A DNA stretch of 7,814 nt. It comes from Octopus sinensis. Its lineage: Eukaryota. Each line of letters begins with the position of its first letter. The first letter of the stretch is position 1. The position numbers were made by a program, and so were the translations under genes. The stretch is from the NCBI RefSeq assembly GCF_006345805.1, contig NW_021828747.1:1-7814 (forward strand), read 5' to 3'. The notes under the pieces are model-generated. The model had not been told where the DNA came from. It ran no database searches and saw only the letters and a program-made list of their open reading frames with translations. Below are positions 1 through 7,445 of this stretch, in pieces.

Positions 1-254
1 AAACATCATTAGAAACTATAGACGGAATGATGGATAAGATAAATAGTCAAGTACCGAACAGGATTCCTATGAGTACTTAGTTACGATTTAATGCACTCCT
101 AGTTCAATTCCCATAAATGGACTATTTTATATTTCATCCCTCGAGGGTAGACAATATACGCACCATTTCAATATTACTGTAGATTTGATTGTCTACATTC
201 GGCAGACAAAGTGTGGCCTTGTGCTTATTTGAGAAATCACAATTATATAAAAGG

Positions 255-478
255 AAGGCGAGGGTGAATGAAGAAATTGGTGGTGCGCCGAGCTAAATTT
301 CCTAAGGGTATCTTGTTACCTATCATGTTGCGAACCGAGTTGGAATACTTCTGGCGGGTATGGGGTCGGCTTTATCATTTGTCCCACCGGAGTTGATATA
401 ATAAGTGGTAGTCAAGTACTGGGATCTACACCCACTCAACCAACCCCCAAAATCTGGGGTTACGGTGCCATAAGTAGA
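255..478 (+). mobile_element. Old, highly diverged family A tRNA-derived SINE
   Basis: The segment ggggtcggctttatcatttgtcccaccggagttgatataataagtggtagtcaagtactgggatc (362-426) aligns by eye with the family A core (gaggtcgactttgcctttcatcctttcggggtcgataaa.taagtaccag...gtactggggtc) read from the reverse complement of 4912-5446. It has a degraded head (aaggcg...gtgcgccgagctaaattt) and a tail remnant (cccccaaaat...gtgcca, ~444-470). Boundaries are approximate. Confidence 0.6.
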
Positions 479-791
479 GCCCTGTATTATGGTTGTGCTT
501 AGAAGATATCGGAGACCTACCTTTGTGTGTGCATCAGATCAGGTTAGATTTTTAGAAGTGTTCACTCTAAATAAACGGTATTGAACTTTAATTTTTGAAT
601 ATTTATAATTCTATGAATTAAGATACTTCAACCCTGATCATTTTTTGTACGTAGTCCACACTACATATATTTCTTTCGTCTCTGATTCCAGTGTGTGGGT
701 TGAAGAACATCTGTTATTTCTTGCAGATGAGCAACCACATCATAGCCCATTCATTCTATTTCTTAATTCGAAGCAAAGGACAAGGAAGTAA

Positions 792-843
792 ATGATGATG
801 ATGAAGACGACGACGACAACGATCATGATAATGATGATGATGC

Positions 844-879
<36 letters not shown>

Positions 880-920
880 CGATGATGATGGTGATGATGA
901 CTTTGATAATGATGATGATA
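792..920. repeat. (GAT)n/(ATC)n trinucleotide microsatellite with GAC/AAT interruptions
   Basis: Directly visible. It abuts the 3' end of the minus-strand SINE at 921-1142 and produces the poly-Ser of ORF 823..1089. Confidence 0.97.
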
Positions 921-1142
921 ACGGTTTAAAATTTTGGCACAGGGCCATTGGTTTTCGAGGAGAGAAGGGCAAGTCGATTACATTGACTCCAGTACTTAAC
1001 TGGGTAGATATTTCATCGCCCCCGGCGAAAGGATGAACGGTAAAGTTAACCTCGGCAGAATCTGAACTCAGAGCGTAAAGTGGAAACAAATGCCGCTAAG
1101 CATTTAATCCGGCATGCAAACAATTCTGCTAGCTCGCTGCCT
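921..1142 (-). mobile_element. Full-length, diverged family A SINE monomer
   Basis: The minus strand reads aggcagcgagctagcagaattgtttgcatgccggattaaatgcttagcggc (head), then ctgagttcagattc (B-box-like), gaggttaactttaccgttcatcctttcg (central domain) and gccctgtgccaaaattttaaacc (tail). It is colinear with 4637-4834 and 5281-5447. Confidence 0.88.
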
Positions 1143-1483
1143 CAGCAATAATAGTGGCAGTAATAGGTAAAATCGTTCCATAAAATACACCTTCCAGCAA
1201 CTTAAGGTTGGTTTTTTGTAATAATAATAATTTTCTTTTTATTGGTGATCGAAGCCAATTGTGTACAAGGCCTTCGCAGTTTTCTCCGAATCCAATGAGA
1301 CATGAGCCGTTAACGTCATTTTAAAACCTTGTTCTGGTGGGGCAAGGTCGGAAGGCGCGAGAGATATCGGTTTCTGACTGCCTGGGTACCTCAAAACAAT
1401 TACCGAAAGCATGGTAGAAGCTACCAAGTCATACATATTTGGGAGTTTCAGAGTAACCGTTATGGTTTATGGTTTTATATTCT

Positions 1484-1815
1484 CACACACACATAGGTCT
1501 TGTGCGTGTGTATACATACAGACTAATGTATGTATGCATATATGTATGTATGCATGTGTGTATGCATGTATACACACACATATATTTATATATTTATATA
1601 TATACACACATACTGAATCCATATCTTATACTATTGATATATGCATATATACATATATATGTATACTTACATACGAACACATATTTACACATAAGTGTAT
1701 GTATATATGAATATATATATAACATATAAACGTATCTATAAATACACACGTATGTGTATATATGTACATATATATATATATATATATTCATATATATACA
1801 CCATATATATACACA

Positions 1816-1867
<52 letters not shown>

Positions 1868-1960
1868 ATATATATCATATACACATACATATTATACGCA
1901 CTTATTTATACCTAAGCACACAAACATATACACACAAATACACACGTGCGTGTTATACGT
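1484..1960. repeat. Compound (TA)n/(CA)n/(TG)n/(TATG)n low-complexity microsatellite block
   Basis: Mostly alternating purine-pyrimidine sequence, almost pure (TA)n at ~1768-1875. It produces the Y/I/H/T/V/C/M-rich ORFs on both strands. Confidence 0.95.
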
Positions 1961-2353
1961 AAAATGTGTTATTAGGCAGACATCTTGGCGCCACGTCAAG
2001 TATTCGGCGAAGCGAAACAGCAATGCTTTCGATTTCCACTTGAAACCACTTCACTTTCGTCGTTAATACTTACATGGGTAAAGCATAAACCTCACAACAT
2101 CCTCTCCTCTCTTTCAATAATTCATATGTTACTAAGGAAACAGTAACTAAGGCAACTATTTACAAGTTAGTCTTGGTTACTCTACTTGTGGGTGATATTT
2201 CTTGCCTTCACTCCTGATATTCTTCTTGCCTTGTTTAACACCCCCAAGTGGCTTTGGTTGAGCGTTCCATCCCGGACCATCTTGTAATATGAAGGCTATC
2301 ACGGATTTAAGGTTTTTGTTCTTTTTCTTGAAATGGTACGACATCATTTGAAG

Positions 2354-2750
2354 TGTGTGGTAAGTAGCCTGCTTACCAACCACATGGTTCCAGGTTCATT
2401 CCCACGACGTGGCACCTTGGGCAAGTGTCTTTTACGAATAGCCTCGGGCCGACCAAAACCTTGTGAGTAGATTTGGTAGAAGGAAACTGAAAGAAGCCCG
2501 TCGTATATATGTTTATATATGTATGTGTGTGTGTGATTATGTGTGTGTATTTATATGTCTCTGTTTGTCCCCCTAGCATTGCCTGACAACCGATGCTGGT
2601 GTGTTTACGTCCCCGTCACTTAGCGGGTCGGCAAAAAAGGCCGATAGAATAAGTACAAGGCTTGCAATGAATAAATCCTGGGGTCGATTTGCTCGACTAA
2701 AGGTGGTGCTCCAGCATGGCCACAGTCAATTGACTGAAACAAGTAAAAGA

Positions 2751-2809
<59 letters not shown>

Positions 2810-2816
2810 AAGAGTA
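2354..2816 (+). mobile_element. Family B tRNA-derived SINE (CORE-like), slightly 5'-truncated, with (GA)n expanded in its tail
   Basis: It begins tgtgtggtaagtagc, followed by a B-box-like ggttcattccc, the CORE-like ccttgggcaagt (2415-2426), an internal (TA/TG)n tract at ~2503-2557, a 3' body (tttgtccccctagc...ccagcatggccacagtcaattgactgaaacaag) and the tail taaaagagtaaaaga(ga)n gtaaagagt. It is roughly 90% identical by eye to the reverse complement of 3788-4205. Confidence 0.92.
2757..2807. repeat. (GA)n microsatellite, ~25 units, inside the SINE tail
   Basis: Perfect GA run flanked on both sides by the gtaaa(a)gag tail unit. Confidence 0.98.
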
Positions 2817-3117
2817 CTATTTCTAATCCATCGAGCAATCACGTATTCCGCGACGTTTATAGTTGTTTTTTAACTTTAAATCATGGCGAAGTAAGTAGAA
2901 TTATGATCAAAGAAGATCCATCTATGACCTTCACGTTTTTCCATTTTTTTACATATCTTTTCCTGTCACAGTCTATCATGAACTACATTATCTACTGTCA
3001 CCTTCACGTTTTAGTTTGAAAGTTTGTAGTTTGTATTTTGAGAGATATTTGTTTGCAGCATCTTGTTCATATGGACCCCGTGGAGATGAGGCAGCGTCCT
3101 TGGTTCGCTGTTTTCTC

Positions 3118-3183
3118 CTTGTTAGTATTGTTGCTGTTCATGCTGATGCTGTTGTTGTTTCTGCTATTGGTGGTGGTGGTAGT
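3118..3183. repeat. Degenerate (TTG/CTG/GTG)n trinucleotide repeat
   Basis: cttgttagtattgttgctgttcatgctgatgctgttgttgtttctgctattggtggtggtggtagt. It explains the poly-Leu/Val of ORF 3038..3235. Confidence 0.8.
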
Positions 3184-3234
3184 TAAAACCTTACTCGCAA
3201 AGGATATAATAGATATTCATAAGAACTGTATATA

Positions 3235-3711
3235 GGCGCTGGTGTGGTTGAGGGGTTAAGAAGCGCACTTTGAAACGACGTGGTTTGGAGTTCAGTCCGA
3301 CTGAACGGTTCATTAGGTGTCTTCTACTATAGCCCCTGGCCGACCACTGCCTTGCGGCTTTGTGGGTGTATCTAATAGACGGGAACTGAGAAGAAGCCCA
3401 TTGTATGTGAGTGTGTGTGTTGTGTGTGTGTGTGTGTGTGCGCGCGCGCGTGTATGTGTAAATATTACATACATACATATGTATATGCTTATATGTCTAA
3501 ATGTGTGTACCTATCTGTTTGGCCCACCATCACCATCTGGCAACCAGTGATGACTTGGTTACATCCCTATAACATCCAATAGGATAAGTACCATACTTTA
3601 ATATAATCACCGTATGAGGCGGGGTGGGGCATTGTTCGCCGCCTAAACCCTTCAAGGCGATGCTCCAGTTTAGCCACAGTCCAATAACTGAAACTAGGGG
3701 AAAATAAAAGA
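3235..3711 (+). mobile_element. Older, diverged family B SINE (different subfamily)
   Basis: It starts ggcgctggtgtggttgaggggttaag, followed by a B-box-like gagttcagtcc, then gtgtcttctactatagcccctggccgacca and atagacgggaactgagaagaagcccattg. It has an internal (TG)n(CG)n tract and a 3' body ending ctaaacccttcaaggcgatgctccag...actgaaac...aaaataaaaga. It is colinear with the other two B copies apart from a deletion in the 3' body. Confidence 0.85.
3404..3510. repeat. (TG)n-(CG)5-(TACA)n tract inside the SINE
   Basis: tgtgtgtgtgtgtgtgtgtgcgcgcgcgcgtgtatgtgta is an uninterrupted alternating purine-pyrimidine run at ~3421-3460. Confidence 0.9.
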
Positions 3712-3787
3712 TCTACAGACACGTATGCAGCACCATCTTAAGGCAAGGGCGCAGAGGGTACGCTCTCCAGTGCGCCATGGTTCCTGT

Positions 3788-3999
3788 ACTCTCTTTTACT
3801 CTTTTACTTGTTTCAGTCATTTGACTGCGGCCATGCTGGAGCACCGCCTTTAGTCGAGCAAATCGACCCCGGGACTTATTCTTTGTAAGCCCAGTACTTA
3901 TTCTATCGGTCTCTTTTGCCGAACCGCTAAGTGACGGGGACGTAAACACACCAGCATCGGTTGTCAAGCAATGCTAGGGGGACAAACGCAGACACACAA

Positions 4000-4034
<35 letters not shown>

Positions 4035-4205
4035 CATATATACGACAGGCTTCTTTCAGTTTCCGTCTACCAAATTCACTCACAAGGCTTTGGTCGGCCC
4101 GGGGCTATAGCAGAAGACACTTGCCCAAGATGCCACGAAGTGAGACTGAACCCGGAACCATGTAGCTGGTTAGCAAGCTACTTACCACACAGCCACTGCT
4201 GCGCC
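3788..4205 (-). mobile_element. Full-length, relatively young family B SINE
   Basis: The minus strand begins ggcgcagcagtggctgtgtggtaag, with an A-box-like motif at 4185-4195, a B-box-like motif at 4142-4153, a CORE-like tcttgggcaagt, an internal (TA)(TG)n tract at ~3992-4042, and the tail aagtaaaagagtaaaagagagt. There is no internal TTTT on the element strand. No TSD was found. Confidence 0.93.
4142..4195 (-). promoter_or_regulatory. Type 2 RNA Pol III internal promoter (A and B boxes) of the family B SINE
   Basis: The A-box-like TGGCTGTGTGG (4185-4195) and B-box-like GGGTTCAGTCTC (4142-4153) are 31 nt apart, which is tRNA-like spacing. Both deviate slightly from the consensus motifs TRGCNNARYGG and GTTCRANNC. 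Confidence 0.7.
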
Positions 4206-4636
4206 TAATGTTAATCTATGTTTATGATGGTTTCTATCAATAATTAACTCCTATCCGCGCCAGCCCTCCAGGGTGGATGTTACAACCCTTTTACACGGCC
4301 CTGTCTATATATAACAAACCCAGACGTGTTAAGCGGCGGTTCTGGGGGGTAATTCGCTTGCTACAACAAGCAGTCCATATACCTCGAATATGCACGCTAG
4401 TTTTTCAGAAAATAAGGATTGTGCATAGCCGGGAAATAATGATGCAACCGCCCATCATGGTATGAAGTCAGAAGAGTGTAGCAGAGGCAACGGAGCACCG
4501 AACTAGTATGGTTTGTGTAGTTCCCAACGGCTTTTATGTTGTTGATTATAGGCATGTTCCGTCAATGGTGCGGTCAAGTAATGTAACGCTGTTTAAGGTC
4601 AGTTACCCTCCTGTCCAAAGGATGAGGCACTTCATC

Positions 4637-4834
4637 TAATTGGTTTCAAAATTTGGCACTAGGCCAACAATTTTGTAGGAGGTGTTAAGTCAATTACATC
4701 GACACCAATGTTCAACTGGTACTTATTTTAACGACCCGAAAAGGATGACAGGTAAAGTCGACCTCAGCGGAATTCGACGAAATGGAGCTAAGCACTTTGC
4801 CCGGCGTGCTAGCGTTTCTGCCAGCTCGCTGCCT
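4637..4834 (-). mobile_element. Family A SINE monomer with a ~20-bp deletion through the B box, flanked by a 14-bp TSD
   Basis: It is colinear with 5281-5447, but cggaatt-c-gacgaaat replaces cggaatt-tgaactcagaacgtgacggca-gacgaaat. The flanking direct repeats are tgaggcacttcatc (4623-4636) and tgaggcacctcatc (4835-4848), with 1 mismatch. Confidence 0.9.
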
Positions 4835-4865
4835 TGAGGCACCTCATCATATTCAGAACAATAAT

Positions 4866-5448
4866 CGCTTCTACACCTGGCACAAGGCCCGAAATTTTAG
4901 GGGAGGGGGACAGTCGATTACATCGACCCCAGTACGCAACTGGTGCTTAATTTATCGACCCCGAGGGGTTGAAAGGGCAGAGTCGACCTCAGAGGAATTT
5001 GAACTCCGAACGTAAAGAGAGACGAAATACCTATTTCTTTACTACCCGCAAGGGGCTAAACACAGAGACGACAAAGAATGACAAACAAACGGATTAAGTC
5101 GATTATATCGACCCCAGTGCGTAACTGGTACTTATTTAATCAACCCCGAAAGGATGAAAGGCAAAGTTGACCTCGGCGGAATTTGAATTCAGAACGTAGC
5201 GGCAGACGAAATACCTATTTCTTTACTACCTACAAGGGGTTAAACACAGAGAGGACAAACAAGGACAGACAAACGGATTAAGTCGATTACATCGACCCCA
5301 GTGCGTAAGTGGTACTTACTTAATCGACCCCGAAAGGATGAAAGGCAAAGTCGACCTCGGCGGAATTTGAACTCAGAACGTGACGGCAGACGAAATACCA
5401 CTAAGCATTTCGCCCGGCGTGCTAACGTTTCTACCAGCTCGCCGCCTA
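4866..5448 (-). mobile_element. Trimeric family A SINE: one full head, two 184-185 bp internal repeat periods, one standard tail, 16/17-bp TSD
   Basis: agtcgatta starts at 4912, 5097 and 5281, and gacgaaatac at 5021, 5205 and 5389. The 66-bp spacers are at 5031-5096 and 5215-5280. The full head occurs only at 5399-5447 and the standard tail only at 4866-4911. The TSD is atattcagaacaataat (4849-4865) / atattcaaacaataat (5449-5464). Confidence 0.9.
5363..5446 (-). promoter_or_regulatory. tRNA-like head of family A with Pol III A and B boxes
   Basis: A-box-like TGGTAGAAACG at 5426-5436, inside a D-arm-like GCT...AGC. B-box GAGTTCAAATTC at 5363-5374. The 5' GGCGG can pair with the CCGCC just after the B box, like an acceptor stem. 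The A-B spacing of ~51 nt is longer than in a mature tRNA. Confidence 0.7.
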
Positions 5449-5592
5449 ATATTCAAACAATAATAGAACATAAATGACAAAAAATACGGAAGAATGAGCA
5501 AAAATTTCTTGCGGAACAAGGTGGTCCCTAATGGCCTAAAACAAACTGAAGAATTATATTTTATTTCAGATGAAAAATAAACAAATAAATGA

Positions 5593-6151
5593 ATGCGTGT
5601 GCAAGTATATACACGACACGCAAACATGAATTCATGCATACATAACAACATATTCACATACATACAGACATGCGTACATACGTAAATAGGAATACATACG
5701 CTGGCGCATAAATGTATATATATTTATACATACGTATATACATACACGCGCGCACATCATAAGCATTTAACATATATACTATACTCTACATACATACGCG
5801 CGCACACACACACATATATATTGTAAGTATATATATTTTATTATATTATATCATATTATATATGTATGCACATATATATAAATATACGTGTGTGTATGTA
5901 CGTGTGCCTGTGTGTATGTACGTGTGCCTCTGTGTATGTATAAATGTAAACAGATACACATATATTTTGTGTGCGTGTTTGTGTAGGTGTATATGTCAGT
6001 ATATTTAAAATGATAAAATCTGCATGCATGTATGTGTGTGTATGTATGTACGTATGTATGTATGTAGCTATATATATATATAATATATATATATATATAT
6101 ACATATTATATATAAACGACATAAAGTCTCATGTGTGCGTATATATATATA

Positions 6152-6198
<47 letters not shown>

Positions 6199-6250
6199 TG
6201 TTGTGTATGCAGATGTGTATAGCTGTATGCCTGTATATGTATACAATCAT
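5593..6250. repeat. Compound (CA/TACA)n-(TA)n-(TG/TATG)n microsatellite block
   Basis: Directly visible low-complexity dinucleotide and tetranucleotide repeats. They produce ORFs 5856..6122, 5971..6222 and part of 6158..6373. Confidence 0.93.
5891..5940. repeat. 20-bp minisatellite, 2.5 copies
   Basis: tgtgtatgtacgtgtgcctg / tgtgtatgtacgtgtgcctc / tgtgtatgta. Confidence 0.85.
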
Positions 6251-6964
6251 ATAATTAATAAATAAGCTAATTGTTTTTACAAACAAATGCCATTTTGTAA
6301 TTATTACGTGATCATTATGGCGTAGAGAGTTGGAGAGTGGAGGGTATATATAGAAACAATAGAGAGAGGGCACCGGACTAGAATGGTTATTCTCGTGATA
6401 TATTAAAACTTATAGAGTTCTTGCTTTATTGAATCCTCGCTTCGTTTCTCGTACCATTCAGACTCAAGTTTTATTTATATAGTTAATTGAGCATTCATCT
6501 GCTTTATATTTCGGCCTTGTGTACCCCTGCTGTGCTTGATTATGTAAGAGATTAATTAGAAAACTGATGGGGGTGGTTTTCAAGAGATTTGCTGAAGTGG
6601 CCAAAACATGTCTGGCTAACAAAGAAACCTCTATGTGGTCATACATCTTGCTAAAAATAACAGCTAAATTTCACAAAGTTTACATGAAATCGTCAAGATA
6701 GAAAAGAAAGAATTAGAAAAAAAAAGAATGAAGAAAGTATGATGCAATGAATAACTGTTTCTATCCGTTTGTCTGTCATTTATTGCATGTGATACACGGG
6801 ATATTTCACGGGATATATTCATCATATATGATATACAGTCCCAATTATTTCAACCACTGGAGGAACTTGGAAATTAGGAAATGAAAACTCAAAAAGTAGG
6901 AATGAAGTCTGAAAACAAGCATGGATGTTTTATAAAAACCATTTGGACAGGTCAAGGGTCGTCA

Positions 6965-7108
6965 TAGACTGCCCACGGCCTGGAATTTTCGGAGAAGGGT
7001 AGATGAATTATATCGGCCGCAGTACATGAAGCGGGATTTACTTCGTTGACCTACAGAGGATGAAGTGCAAAGTTGATCTGCACAGGATTTGAACTCGGAA
7101 CGAAAAGA
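6965..7108 (-). mobile_element. Old family A SINE fragment lacking the 5' head
   Basis: ctgcccacggcctggaattttcggagaagggt...attatatcggccgcagtac...gttgacctacagaggatgaagtgcaaagttgatctgcacaggatttgaactcggaacgaaaaga is colinear with 4876-5020. It ends at the (CTAT)n tract and no head was found beyond it. Confidence 0.75.
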
Positions 7109-7110
7109 CC

Positions 7111-7152
<42 letters not shown>

Positions 7153-7175
7153 ATATCTATCTATCTATCTTTCTA

Positions 7176-7240
<65 letters not shown>

Positions 7241-7246
7241 GTCTGT
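7111..7246. repeat. (CTAT)n = (GATA)n tetranucleotide microsatellite, ending in GTCT units
   Basis: About 30 near-perfect units. It explains the YLSI repeats in ORFs 7073..7435 and 7089..7388. Confidence 0.97.
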
Positions 7247-7445
7247 CAATTTCACTATCTGCTTGTCTTTTTTGTATATATCTTGGCATCGTACGACATT
7301 TTTCTTCTACCCTATTCAAAACCCATTATCATACTGTTACTATTTTATAGCTTCATCGTCATCGAATGTCACTGTCAAAAAATATTAACAACTTCATTCA
7401 TATCTCTCGAAGAATCTAAACTCCTAAAGTTATAATCACGTAGAT

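Noticed and set aside
670-793. Two acceptor-like sites (ttccAG at ~691, cttgcAG at ~726) and a weak donor (~788)
   Set aside because: The frames close quickly or give no recognisable protein, and such motifs are common in AT-rich DNA.
1239-1436. SLAPSD in the minus-strand ORF, resembling the mariner YSPDLAPSD motif
   Set aside because: Only 5 residues match, with no surrounding DDD-transposase similarity and no terminal inverted repeats.
3748-3776. Small hairpin ggcgca...tgcgcc between the tail-to-tail SINEs
   Set aside because: The 6-bp outer stem with a poor interior is expected by chance, and I could not build an HDV-like or other ribozyme fold.
2601-3967. Near-identical ORFs 2601..2810 (+) and 3713..3967 (-) (FTSPSLSGSAK...LTETSKRVKE), suggesting duplicated small proteins
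   Set aside because: Both lie in the 3' body of family B SINE copies. The similarity reflects the repeat, not a gene family.
4250-4620. GC-richer unique stretch containing ORF 4277..4465
   Set aside because: The frames I translated gave no long or recognisable reading frame. It may be an old TE remnant, but I cannot support a call.
4912-5398. Repeat-spacer periodicity suggesting a CRISPR array or a ribozyme-bearing retrozyme
   Set aside because: The spacers are ~89% identical to each other, the repeats are ~118-bp SINE cores, and the context is eukaryotic with no cas genes. I found no hammerhead CUGANGA core in the array on either strand. An Infernal/Rfam scan would be the formal test.
5363-5446. 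Possible tRNA genes (also at 4135-4205)
   Set aside because: There is no proper anticodon arm or cloverleaf, and the sequences continue into SINE bodies present in several copies. They are tRNA-derived heads only.
6763-6777. 15-bp match (atccgtttgtctgtc) to the reverse complement of the multimer spacer (5264-5278)
   Set aside because: Isolated and low-complexity, with no flanking similarity. It is either chance or an undiagnosable remnant.
6795-6816. cacgggatat direct repeat with a 12-bp period
   Set aside because: A trivial local slippage duplication.
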